DNA of 64,000 nucleotides from the human T2T-CHM13v2.0 reference genome, Homo sapiens. Location: assembly GCF_009914755.1 (NCBI RefSeq), contig NC_060935.1; one strand, written 5' to 3'. Numbering within the stretch: position 1 is the stretch's first letter; each line of letters opens with the position of its first letter. The notes under the pieces were generated by a model that worked only from the letters and a program-made list of their open reading frames with translations, searched no databases and was not told the origin of the DNA. A program made the position numbers and the translations under genes. Below, piece by piece: positions 25,761 to 42,889 of the stretch.

Positions 25761-28700
25761 TATAATGATCCTTCTCCTACCTCATACACAAAAATAGCCC
25801 CCAATGAAAGGACATAACGTGGGGTGTTTCATTAAGTGACACAGCCTGGCGAAGAACTGAAATAAACATTTTTTAAGCTAATATTTGTCACTCCTCATAG
25901 TGAAACTGAAATCTGAGTCTAATGACTAATGACCAAATTATGTCAGAGCCCCCAAATTGCACACCATTTCCATCTCCATGGCCTCCAATAGGCTTTAGCG
26001 CCAAACCTAGTCTAACCCTGGGGAATTATGTTTGTATTTTGTTGTAGGCCAAGTTATCCATTGGATTTGCCAAGATGGAAGAAGCCCTGGCAGCTCCATG
26101 TGCAATGATAAGTGATCACAGGATCGTTTCTGGGGGCTGAGAAGCTCTCCCCATAGCAAGGATATCAGCAGGTTAGGTCACCCCATGACAGGGAAGGCGG
26201 AGGAGTGTATTACCTGGGTTTCCAGAATTGGATAAACAAACCATCAGCGCTCAGACCCCACAGGTAACGCAGAGCAAAGAGGGTCTTCAGAAAGAAACCT
26301 CAGATGAACTAGGTTTATTTAAAAATTCCTCCCCAGGCCATCCTTATAATAATTATAATCTTTTTTATTGGTTGGTGGTTATATTATAACCACCAAGGGG
26401 TGGTTTCTGTAAAAGCCAGATTAGGTCATCCTGGTCTGCCTTTTAGAAGTTTCCACAACAGATGGAGAAACACAGCTTTAGAGGAAAGTATGGCTCACAT
26501 CCGTCTGCATTCATTACAGGCCCAGTTCTCCAAAATGCTATATGTTATCTTGAGCCTGTTTGTTTTTATCTGTCAGAGTGGTTTATTGTTAGGGAAATAG
26601 GGTGTCAGCTGTCTCTTCCCCACCATCAAAGCCGCTTCATTAAAGTTAATAGTGTTTGACTTGCAGAGATCTCTTACCATGGTAACCCTAGAAAGCCCCT
26701 GCTGGCTGTTATTTTTCCGGCAGTAAAGGCACCAAATGGATGCAATAACTGCATTAATCTTTTAGGAAAAAGAGAAAAAAAAAAAACATTGTGTGACTCT
26801 ACCTAGTAGGTGCTCAATAAATGCACCTTGAATTCATGAGGCTAACTCTACCCTCCTGTGTGGGACGGGATGCAGAACCAAATGACCTGGGTCCTGACCC
26901 TGCCACTCAACGTTCTGTGGTCTGTGGCTTGTCACTTCCCCAGGCTAAACCTCAGTTTATTTATCTCAGAAATAAAGGGGATGGATTATGAGGAAGCCTT
27001 TTTTGTCCAAGAGTCATCTCACAAGGAAGCCTGATATATAAAAGCAGGTAAAAACAAATTTACTTCTGGATAAAGGGAGGGAGACCAGAAGTCCTATGTC
27101 CTCTGCATTCTACCTTCCTCCACAAGCCACCACCTAAACCTCATTCTTTTCCTTCCCCCAGGAAGTCCTGAGCAACCTCTGTGGGCTGCCTTGCCCACCC
27201 TAGACTTCCTGGAATAGCATCTGAAATCTACTAGTCTGAAGGAATTCTCACTAAGGTCTTTTCTGCTCAGACTATGGCTTCAGTGCTTAAGTAGGCTGGA
27301 GTCAAACCACATGAAGGCAGTTTCTAATCAGCATAATCACTTTATGGAAGAGTTTCTGCTTAGTGCCTTACAGGCATGAAACAGGGTTTTGCTTTGTTTT
27401 CTATGTTTTGATCTTCTCATCACTGCTTTTAGCTATGTGCTGTCAAATCTCCCTTCCCTCCTTGAGTAGGGGATCTCGGGCAAGTTCCATCACTTCTTGG
27501 TCACTGTCACTTACTGCTAGTTAGTTCAGTTTTTGTCAATCATGACTCAGTTTAAGTCTCATCCCCTCTCTCCCTGGCAGGGCACTGGAGCTGGAAGTGT
27601 GACTCTTTGGGGTACATCTTCACCGCATGGGTCACCCCCTTGAGTGGGAGAACCAGCAGGAGACTCAAACCTGAGAGCTCTGCACCAGCATGCTCCTGAC
27701 CGTGACACACTCAGGCATCCTTACCACATCAACCAGTGCTGTGGAGGCTGCCCCAGGGCTGGCCCTCTCTGCACCTTGCCATCTGTCTCCAGTTCTCTTC
27801 TCTGCACCAGGAGGCCAAGGGACAGATCTACAAGCCCTCCGACCAAGCACATGTCCAACAGGGAAACCTAAAGCCAGTTTTCCTTTCTTGCAAGTAAGAA
27901 GAAATATCTTCCCTCATTTAATCTGTTGCAGGAATTCCCCTGCCCATTGTCATTCCCTCCCTTTGGAAAGAGAAGAAAACCATGAACACTATTCCCCTGA
28001 AAGGGTGCAACCAAGAGAACTCTCTCCCTCTTTGCCTCCCACCAGCACCTTTGCAAAAGGCCTTCAGGGTAAAAGGCGGCTGAGTCAACAGCTGGAGGTA
28101 GGAGGCCTGAGTGGGCTGCCCTATAGTAGACTGGCAGGTAGGGGAGTGAAGAAGGGAAGGGGAGGAGGCCACAACTGTCATTGACTTTCTTTAAAATGTT
28201 GCATTTGCAGCTGAGGCTCTAGTTGCCAAATCCAATACCATAGGAAAAATCCCACCAAACAGCCTGTACACATGTAATACTAGGATGTCTATCAGAATAT
28301 GTTCATGTTTATGCATGTGGCTCAGACTTGGATGGGTACCAGTACAGGCACCTGTGTAAAACTCTGAAGAATCCCAAACCACATGTTTAGTTTTATTTTT
28401 TGGCCCAAGCCTCTGAGGGAGAAAATAAAACTAAAGCAAAGAGAACCAGTCACTCATTCATTCATGCACACTGTCCACGAGCCTTTCCTTATACAGGCAG
28501 GTGCTAAGCACTTGGGTGAGGCAATAGAGAATAAAGCATGGTCTCTGGCCATTATTATTCAGAACCACAGAAATAACTCCACTGGTATAACAAGAAACTT
28601 TCATATCCCATAGCTCATTAGGATCCTAACAACAACCTCATAAGATGGCCAAGGTACATATAATCACCGTTTTAAATCTGAGAAACAGAAACACGTCAAG

Positions 28701-28956
28701 GGTAAGTGACTTGCGTAGTCCCACAGCTAGATAAGTGCAGGGCAATGATTAAAACTTAAATCATCTGTTGGTCCCAGACTGTTTCTGTTTGGCCAAACCA
28801 TAACAAAATGAATCTGCGACTTCCTTGTATCTGCCATTACAATGGCTCTACATCCCACACTTTCAAGGATTCATTCAATTTCTAATATTGTGTTCCCTTG
28901 TCTTCCAGATTTTCCTTGTCAGATCACTTGTACTAATTTTGAAAATACAGTCACTC

Positions 28957-29279
<323 letters not shown>

Positions 29280-29461
29280 TCACTCATATTAGTTTTGGGT
29301 TCAATAAATACAACTATCATAGATTATCTTTATTATTTCAAATGGACTGAAGTCCAATTTAGACTTTATAGCATCAAGACTAGGCAAGAGTCTCAATTTT
29401 TCAATCCATCCATCCTTTGGTATAGAAAATGATTTCACGACACACATTATTTAAGCTATTC

Positions 29462-29687
29462 TGAAAACCACACTAATGTTCTCTTTATTAATATTTTTCC
29501 AGTTTCAAAGCCTTCCATCAGGCATTTCTGTCAGGCTTCTGAAGGGTCCCATATGCACCCTTCCAGTTCAGAAATGTGTTCTTTTTTGGTTCATTGGAAT
29601 TCTTCAGAATATCTGGCACTGAAACATATTGGCTTCAATTAAAAGGCTATGATTTCTGTGAATTCCCATTAAGCTAGTGAAAGAAAT
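29462..29687 (-). ncRNA. Putative terminal exon
   Basis: Branch-like CTTAAT, T10 tract and aacacAG| acceptor at 29689-29688; AATAAA at 29489-29484 followed by GU-rich elements. Confidence 0.55.
29484..29489 (-). terminator. Polyadenylation signal AATAAA
   Basis: tttatt on +; on the minus strand it is followed by tagtgtggtttt and tgtgtgtcgtg GU-rich tracts. Confidence 0.5.
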
Positions 29688-30436
29688 CTGTGTTAAAAAA
29701 AAAAGTTAACACATTAAGATACAGTTGTACTGAAAAATGGTTCATGTTTAAAAGGCTACTTAAGTAGATGAAAATAAGCTGCCTGTTATAAAAATCTGCT
29801 CATTTTTAGTAAAATCCTTCATTTCTAAATAGAGGGGTTTTTAGTACATATGTGCCCAATTAGCCATAAAAACTCAACTAGACATGAACCATGCAATCCA
29901 ACCATCCGCCTGTTGATGTTAAAACACAGATCCTATTAACACAAATGTAATTTAAACGGTTAAAAAGTGATAAAGTACATAATTCTAATCTAATAGTGTT
30001 TGAAATATGATACTGCTCTATACCAATGACAAATCAGTTTTGAATTATGATTCCAGTAAAGTTTGAAATAGCTCAAGCATGTTAATTAGTGATCCAAAAC
30101 TCAGGAACAGCATTATATATTATATTCAGTCACACCTCTTTGCCCAGGAGCAAAAGCATATTCTCTAACATTCAGAGAAAGAGAAAGCCATGTAAATCCT
30201 CTTCAATTCTACGTCCTGGATGCCCTAGAAATGCCTCACTTAATTTTCCCCATTCAATTTACTTATGTTTAAAAGGTGTTAGAACTCAAGATAGTTTCTC
30301 AAGGAACAATATTTAAGAGGACCTTTAAAGTGCAAAGAAGTTCACTAGTTACTGGGGAAATGCACAAAAAGAGATCAATGTAACCACTTCTCTCCACATC
30401 TGTGCCCCTATGTGACATGGTCACATAGGCATGGAA

Positions 30437-30510
30437 GGTAACAAAGAACTGGGGTAACAAAGCTGGAGGTAACAACTGGAGTAACAAAGCTGGAGGTAAC
30501 AAAGAACTGA
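30437..30510. repeat. Short tandem repeat, 5 x about 15 bp
   Basis: Units of ggtaacaaag(aa)ctgg(a). Confidence 0.9.
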
Positions 30511-30820
30511 GAGGAAGACAACTGAACCATTTCGTACTAGCTTTATCAGAGACAAATGCAAGCTTACACACCCAACTTTTATTATAAAAATAATACCCTA
30601 TATATTTTAGGGATAGGCTCGAGCCCATCAAGAATATTCTGATGGCTCACCAGTGAACTGCAGATCTTGTTTTGATAATCACTGCTGTAGGTGCTTATAA
30701 TATTAAAGGCAGGATTTCTTTTATAAGTATTCATAAATTAGATTAAATTTTGATTGTTTTGGAAGACAAACTAAATTCCAATCATGTCAATGAACTATCT
30801 CATCTTTTAAAATAGCCACA

Positions 30821-31455
<635 letters not shown>

Positions 31456-32194
31456 GGCCATAAAACAGCATGCTGAAGCCCCCTTGATCATACAGTGCCA
31501 GTGTCTCTCACCCTCGAAATCAGTTCTTCAGGTCTAATCCAAATCCTGTTTGCCCCAATTCAGTAAATTTCCTCTGGTTTTTTATCCAATGGTAAAAAAA
31601 AGAAACATATTGTAACGCCATTCTCCAAACACCATGCTACCATGGCAGATTTAGAGAATAGCTAGGAATAGTGTGCCCTAACACAGGACTTGGTCTCTGG
31701 CAAAATTACCAAAGCTGAGACCAAACAGTATGGTCTAGCTGGTGTCCTTAAACTATTTTCTTAGAGAAGAGCGGGGGAAAATCAGCATGTGAACACGAGT
31801 GAATCAATCTTAGTTCTTATAAAGCAAGTCCACTGAGTATGAACACTTCCATTCAAAGCTCACCAAATGTTACTGTGGCTTTACAAGAATAAAATGTGAA
31901 ACTCAAGAAAGAGATTCTGTCATTGCTGGCGTCCTATTAAAGCCCAAGTTCATTCCCTCCTCTCCATTTTCTGTGGTACCTCTTCAGAGTGGCATTAGAT
32001 CCTATTTGGACCATTGCAGTAGCCTCCTAACTGGTCCCTCTGCTCTGAGTCTCTCATCCTTCACATTGCTGAAAGGTTAATCTCTCCAGCTCTGATCAAA
32101 TTACCTCCCCATCAAAAATGTGAATCACTGGTTCTCACGCCTGTCAACAGAATTACGGTCACATTCCTTAGCCTGGGATTCGTATCCATGTTTA

Positions 32195-32576
<382 letters not shown>

Positions 32577-32578
32577 AG

Positions 32579-33079
<501 letters not shown>

Positions 33080-33744
33080 TGAGCTCCTAGCGTAGATCTT
33101 ATTTTCATTCATCTTTATATCCTTCATGTCATACATAATACAAGGCTTTTACACAAATACATTTGAAGAAAAATGTTAAATATTGCATCAAGCCACAAGG
33201 GGGCACAGTTGAGCTACTCTTAATAGTAGAATCCTCCTACAATTAGTAATAAAGGTTTTAGAATTGAGAGGTTTTTCTCCCTTGAAAGTGTAAGTCTGCT
33301 TAAAGTAAATGTATAAGCCTTATGTATGATTACAAATATATACACGTTAACACGAGAAAATGACTGTTATATAGTTAATTTTAAAAAAACAATAAATAGT
33401 AGAATATATATGATTCAATTTTTGTAAAATACCTGTCTTAAATACATACAGAAAAAAGCCTGGAAGAGGAGCCTGGAAGAGGAGCCTGGAAGTTGGCAGC
33501 TGTTATATCTCAGGGAGTTGGGAATATGGAGGTTTTAATTTCCGTTTTGCACCTTTCTGGATTTTTAAAAATAACCTATACATACTAATTTTATAATCAG
33601 AAAAATAAAGGTATTTACTTTAGAAATACCTTCACTTTATGGCAAAATATTTATTTTCTTTTTCTTGCCATCTCATCTCCAATTCCATGTTTAATGTATT
33701 TAAAAGCAAATATACAATTTAGGGTATTTTCTGACAGATTAAAG

Positions 33745-34240
33745 CAGAGATTCCCAAATTCTCTTGGTACACAGTGCCCTTAGTGTCTTGGTAATTTTTC
33801 ATGGTACCCCAGGGAGGAAAGAAATACCTAACAGCTCCATTTGTTAAGTGGTGAAGTCCAAACGACTTAAAAAGCATTTATGTCCTAACAGTTGAGTAGC
33901 CATTTGAAAAGTTAATACACACACATTGAAAAAACATTTTTATTCCATTCTTAACTAAACACAATTACTTATTAATTGAATGTGTAAACCCATTGGTCAT
34001 TTTGGAAATTTCTTAAACTCTGGAATAAGATTGAACACTGACTGCTACCCTGATTTTCTATTCCACCCTGATTTTCATGCAGTACTCAATTTTTATCACG
34101 GCAACTACCAAAATCCCAGCTTCGAAAAGAAATGTTATCATTGAAAGGAATGGAGCACGATCTAATTCTGAATCTATGAACACCTCAAGCTAGTAGTTCA
34201 TGGGTATCCCCATGCAAATACTGAATATAATTGTGTTTTC
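33745..34240. mobile_element. MER119-like hAT-Charlie element
   Basis: gcccttagtgtct...aagaaatacctaacag...tttatgtcctaaca resembles the MER119 consensus. Confidence 0.7.
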
Positions 34241-34241
34241 C

Positions 34242-34555
34242 GGCCAGGCGCGGTGGCTCACTCCTGTAATTCCAGCACTTTGGGAGGCCGAGGTGGGCGG
34301 ATCACGCGGTCAGGAGATCGAGACCATCCTGGCTAATACGGTGAAAACCCGTCTCTACTAAAAATACAAAAAAATTAGCCGGGCGTGGTGGCATGCGCCT
34401 GTAATCCCAGCTACTCGGGAGGCTGGGGCAGGGGAATCGCTTGAACCCAGGAGGCGGAAGTTGCAGTGAGCTGAGATCACACCACTGCGCCACTGCACTC
34501 CAGCCTGGGAGACAGAGCGAGACTCCGTCTCAAAAAAAAAAAAAAAAAAAAGAAA
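34242..34555 (+). mobile_element. Young AluS/AluY-like
   Basis: CpG-rich full Alu. Confidence 0.9.
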
Positions 34556-35314
34556 ATCTGGTTCCCTGTGAGGCTGGCAAGACGGAAAAAAGAAAAAAAC
34601 AAAACAAAACAAAACAAACCTCATCAAGTGGCTACTTCCCAACTAGCCTTGAAAATATGCCACACCTAATAGCTCAAATTTGTTTTGTTTTCTCTGAGCC
34701 AGATTCCGCTGGGAAAGAGGAAAGAAGGTTGGTGTGGGAAGGTGGGCTGATGAAAGGACTCTGGTTTCAATCTCCCTCCAGTCCACCAATCTGCTCTTCG
34801 CTTCTAATCTGTTCTTCTCTCCCACTCAAAACTAAACCAGGAAGCAGCTCCCAAAGTAGCATGTTCCTGGGAAACACCCACGTTCCTGCATGAGTCTGAG
34901 ACTGGATTTCCAACCAACCTACTGACTTTTCCACCTCTCTCTCCAAATGCCCAAGGCCTTGCCAGGACCTGGGAAGCACAAAGGGCCCCAATGTTGAACT
35001 GCTTCCTGGTAAGACAACCCTTTTCCCTTCCTGAACTAAAAGGCATTTACTTCTCCTGCCAGGAATCACTGGTTAGCTTCTGGGACCACGACTTCCAGTC
35101 AAGTACACAACTGCTTCTATTCAAATCCACTTCAAATGGAGATTAAAAAGTGGTTTTTTCTCTAAAGTTTGACGGATCCAATTTCACATCTTGAGTTAGT
35201 AAGATGGTTTCCAATTTTCTATTAATAACTTAAACATAATTAAAACACATCCAAAAGGCATCTCCAACTTGTGTGGCAGGAAGTACTTAAAGAACTTAAG
35301 GTTACAGGGAGATA

Positions 35315-36065
<751 letters not shown>

Positions 36066-36373
36066 TTTTTTAAATCACAGGGATGACTTTCTGGTAAAGG
36101 GAGGCTTCGATTTAACTGGAATCACATCCTTAAATCACTTGGACAGCTTGCAGCCGACCTAGAGATGAGTCAGTTTAGATGATCTGGTGTTAAATAACAT
36201 ACATGATGTTTCAAAACCCAAAACCCAAGGGCCCTGTTCTAAAGGGAACAATGCCTAAACAAGAGCAGTAGCCAAGCCTCCACCTCTTTCAGGCCTTCAG
36301 TGTGCTTAAGAAAATTCAAATTTTCTCAGTAAATTCCCAGCCCTTCAGGCACGAGTGTGAAATTCTCACTCAC

Positions 36374-36570
36374 TTCCTTTCAAAGAGGATACTGTACTCC
36401 TCAGATGCTATAGATCCAAGGCATGATGAAATAAGGCCTAGAATAGCAGCTAGAAGACATGGACAAATGCAGGCTGATCTGGGTTCCAGAACTCAGCGTC
36501 CTGGGCGTGAGGCTTACAGTGAGGTGTTTTCTTGATCTAATGTAGGCCTGACGCTGTTAAAGAGGACAGC
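36374..36570 (-). ncRNA. Putative internal exon (alternative acceptor would start at 36553)
   Basis: Acceptor ggattttcag| (or gtcctctttaacag|) and donor GGAA|GTGAGT; non-repeat sequence; only a 19-aa ORF (36401-36460). Confidence 0.42.
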
Positions 36571-36779
36571 CTGAAAATCCAAAGCACCTGGCTTTCTCCT
36601 TACTTGTAGGCCTGGCCTGTAAACACATTTCCAAACTCTCCTGAGAAATGTTTGGGAAGGAGGAAAGAGAATTTTCTAAGGTCAGCCTGGAAAATGCCAG
36701 ATGATGCATTCTATGTCAAAAATCGGAGAAGTCCTACAGTGTAGAAATTTGACGTCCAATTTTCTCACTTCTCAGCTTC

Positions 36780-37680
36780 ACACCCATTGATCTCCCTTTT
36801 TTTTTTTTATGTGCTTAGCTCTTCCTTTCTTGACATCTCCATTTTGTCAGTGGCACCCAATCTCAAAACCATAGAGTCTTTTCTGAGTTCCTCTTCTGTC
36901 AACACATTCCATCACTGATCTAACTATAAATTCGGCTCCAGCCATACCTTTTCCATCAACCCCCTTTCTTCCTACCTTCTCTGCTGCCATGTTAGTTGAA
37001 GTCTTCATGACTCTCCCCACTAGACTATCCCAATAGCCTCCTCATTGGTCTCCATATCCCTCAGCTCTCTTCCCTCTAATAATATCTTAACCACCAACAG
37101 AGGAATGCTTCCAAAGTACAATGCTAAGCATGCCACAACTATACTTGGACACTCTGAGTGGCTCCCCATGGCCCACGAAATAAGGAAGGACAGACCCTTC
37201 AGCTAGCATGTGAGTTTTTTTTGTACTTGTCGCTCCAACCCCCTCAACCAGCCTCATTTCCCATCCCAGGGAACCTCATGGTCTAGTCAACTCAGCTGTT
37301 TTCCATTTCCTAAATAGATTTCAAGGTTTCCTGCCACTGCGCATCTACTCATCCTCAGTCAGATTTGAGCTCTCTCCCTCCTCTTCTCTACTCAACTTCC
37401 AAGTCCAGCTCAAATGCTGAGTCTTTGTGAAGTCATAAGTCTTTTCTTTGAATTCCTCAAAATTCTTCAACTGTTGAAATCTCATAGTTCTTAATACAAT
37501 CAGCTTTTATTAGTGTCATGTTTCAATACAGTCAGTTGTACCTTAATGTGTTACTTTATTAAAGGACTGCAGACAGCCTTAAATATTAAAGTCTTATTCA
37601 TCTCTGTATTTTACTTGAGTGCTAACACAATGCTTTAGATATAAGAAGCATTTAATGCAAGTCTGTTGAATTAAGGAATA
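36780..37680 (+). mobile_element. L2
   Basis: caatagcctcctcattggtctcc, gtccagctcaaatg, ...gttgaatt 3' end. Confidence 0.65.
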
Positions 37681-37962
37681 ACTACTTTAGTAGTTATTCC
37701 TTAATTTAGTCCTACTTCACACACCATCAAATTCCCAAACTTCAATATATTCTTAAGCCAGTGATAGCAAATTTTCATTTATTCTCTTTCCTGAACCCTA
37801 GACCCTTTTTTAAAAGACTTTATATGTTTTATTTACAGATTAAAACAAATATAAGTGGCATCTCATTTTATATACAGATGTTCCCTGATTTATGATTGGG
37901 TTATGACCCAATAAATCCATTGTACATTGAAAATATTAAGTCAAAAATACATTAAATACGAT

Positions 37963-39190
<1,228 letters not shown>

Positions 39191-41670
39191 CACCTGACCT
39201 ACTAAACATCATGGCTTAGCCTACCCTAGCCTACCTTATTAAACACGTCATAGCTCCCTGTAGCTACAACAGCATGGCAAGAGAGTATCCTACCACACAT
39301 CACTAACTCCAGAAAAGATCAAAATTCAAAGCATGACATATTGCTTTCACATCATTGTGAAGTTGAATAATCATAATTTTAGGGAGGCTGTCTGTATATT
39401 TACTTTAAATTAAAATGTATAGCATTTCTTATTATCATCAAGTGAACTACTGAGAATAGTAGGCTGTTTTGCTAAATAGAAGTAGAAGATTAGGGGTGTC
39501 CATTCACAGTCAGTCATTCCTGTATCCAGTTTATTTCTGCTTTTTGACTTGGTTTCATGCATTGAGAAAAATCCAAATTCACACAGATGTGTCATAATGT
39601 GCAATTTCATGTCAGTGGACACTGGCAGGTAATGGATTTCATTTTGTTAAAGCTCAGATACAAAGCTTTTGTTAAAGCTCAGTGACACATAAGAAATGCC
39701 ATACATAGCAATTAAGAACACAGACTCTGATTTAAATCCTGGCTCCAGTATTTAATAGTCCAGACCTTAAGCATTAGAAATCTTAATATTAATAATAGCA
39801 TTTCCCTCAAAATGTTGTGAAAGAACAAGACAAGTCACACAAGTTAATGCCTCAAGGTCTTCAGTGCATTAAAATGAACAATATGACACATCAGAGTCTG
39901 CTGTTTTAAATTTTGTATCATATCTTGAGCAGATACCAAAACATTTACAAAATATGTGTGAAGGATAAAGAATCACAATATAACAAGATCAATATATTCA
40001 CCCAGTTCAAAAAAAAAGAAAATGACCTATTTTTGAAATATCCAGTGTGCCCCTCCCTGACTCCATCACCTTTCCTTCCCCATGAGGTAATTCTTACCTT
40101 CTCCATATTCTATTCTAAATTTGTTTTAGCACGTACCCTATTACTTACTATGTGCCAGCCTCTGTTCTCAGTGCTTTACAAAATTTCTCATTTCTAGTCC
40201 TCATAACAATCCCTTGAAGTGGATAACATTATTATCTCCTGCTTGTAAGTGGAGTGGTCAGAATTTGAAAACAGGCAGTCGGCCTCCTGGGTTTACATTC
40301 ACGGAATCTCTTATGTTTGCAAAAAATCTGACACAGCTGAACTTCAAACCCAGTTTGAAGGGCACTCCCATGCTTCATGCTTGAATGAACATTTATTATT
40401 AAACACCCACTGTGTGCCAGGCATTGTGCCGGGCACTGTGAAGCTTAAGGAAAAGCTTCTCCCTACCTGGCAACTGGCAGTTCCCAGAACATCCAGTTCC
40501 TTCTACAGCTGTGGTCTTTGAACTCCACCCACTGGACATGCAGGCCCCAGCCAGGGGGGCCTGTAAGACCCTGTGATCTCCGTACAGCCTTGAGAAAGGA
40601 CAAGCAGGCCCAGACACTCTACTTTAGTATTGCCCAGGGGGTGCTCAACAATCACCAATCCCCAAGGAATCACGAGAAAGCCCAAACTTTTTTGACGCCA
40701 CTCCCAGCCTCTTCCTTGTGAAGGCTTTCTCAGAGACGTGGTTCTTGAGAACCACGCAGGAATCCACAGGAATCCATGGCCTTTGCCAGCAAGCAGGCCA
40801 GACGGCAGCCTCGTGGCCCAGCCCACAAGGAAAGACCTCAACTTTAGCAGCAGGTCACTCCCCTAATTATTCCCTGTGCCTGGAGTCCAAAATAAACACA
40901 GCATCTTTCACGAGCAGCTCCCACCATGCACGAACCTCGGAACCTCACACATGCAGCCAAGCGCTGGGAAGTGCTAAAGGGTCAGAGGGTTCGTGGGGCC
41001 AGCGGTCCCCAGGCCTCTGGGGGAAAGTCCCAGTTGCTCTCTAGTCCAAAATCCAGACCCAAAAGAAACTGCCTGAGGCCCCATCTGCCTCCAGGTCTTA
41101 TTTCCTGGGACTGGCCTGGGATCCTGCAGGTTGGACCCTAAGAAGGGCCAGCGAGTCAGACAGCAACTGCGAACAACTACACCTAAGCCACCCAGGAGAA
41201 AAGGCAGGGGTGGGACACAGGGGACCAAAGATGCTTCCTCAAGGGGCACAGTCTCTTAGTAAGTGCTCTCCTGGCTTCACTCTATACTGCAAACTTTTTA
41301 TTTATTTATTTTTTAGTATTTACTAGATACCAGTCCTGGTAGATGCTGGGGGTGTGGGGGGAATATGGTTCTAGAATACAACAGCAAACAAAACATCAAG
41401 GTGTCTACTTTTGTGTAGCTTATATCATTGAGGGAATGGGTGACAGGCAATAATGAAACTAGTGAAACCATTTCAGATTGTGGTTAGTGCTCTGAAGTAC
41501 ATAAAATCTCGATGTTGCATGGGGTATGCAGCTATGTGAGCTGGGATCTGAATAAGGAGGAGCTAGCAACACAAAGGAAGGGGAAAAGCATTCTAGATAG
41601 AGGGAACAGAAGTGCAAGACCCTGAGGGCTCTGATTAAATGCTGATTAAGAGTTTAAGAAATGTTTCATG

Positions 41671-42068
<398 letters not shown>

Positions 42069-42889
42069 TCATGGAAATTTAGTATTCTCAAAACCTAGTA
42101 CAAGGCGGGATAAGAGATATTTTGTTAAGAGTGTAAAGATCAAAGTCCTTTGTTCTTTGTTGGAAAGAACTTTCCCCTGGATTTAAAAGAACACGCAGTA
42201 ATAATCTGGGCAGACATATTTACATTTATACGTCTGACAAAGGTCTTTTTTAAAAGCCTTTCATGTCCTTTATCCTTTAAACTTTTATAATATAGGTTGA
42301 AAGCACGATATCATCTTTAACTTCCTGTTCATGTATTGGGAGATCTTTTTCTTAGAATTAATGAAGACTTCCGCCCTGCTGGAATGTAGTTTACCTCCCT
42401 TGTGCCAGAATTTGAATTAAGAATGCCGTGTACCTCTAATTGCAACTATGTAAAAATAAGTGCGCACGAGGATTAGGAAGGTGGGAGTATAGGAAGGGGC
42501 GGAAGTTGTTTTTCAATATTCTTTTTTCTTATGAAAACTGGGAAGAAAAGAATACATTGTGCACAACTGCGCAGTCTCCTTGTCCTCGATGTTAATAAAC
42601 GTGTTTTTAACTGCGGTTTACATCCCATTTCTAACATCACTACAACCTACATCCTCTCCAGGCTACAATTGAAGTTGAAAAGTGCACGAGGTCTTTACAA
42701 AGCCTCGTACAGTGAATGCGTCTGCGCACGTACAGTCCTCGTGCACCCTTTTTCTCTCTCTGGACAGAATTTCTTGGGGATCCTTCGCCCCCCACCCCCA
42801 CCCCCGGCCGTATTTCTCCCTAGGCTCTTATTAAAACCAGGTGCACGGAAGGCGGCCCATTCTGGACAGAAAAGCTTTCGTTTGACCCA

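Noticed and set aside
30437-30510. CRISPR-like repeat array
   Set aside because: Units are contiguous with no unique spacers, in a mammalian context
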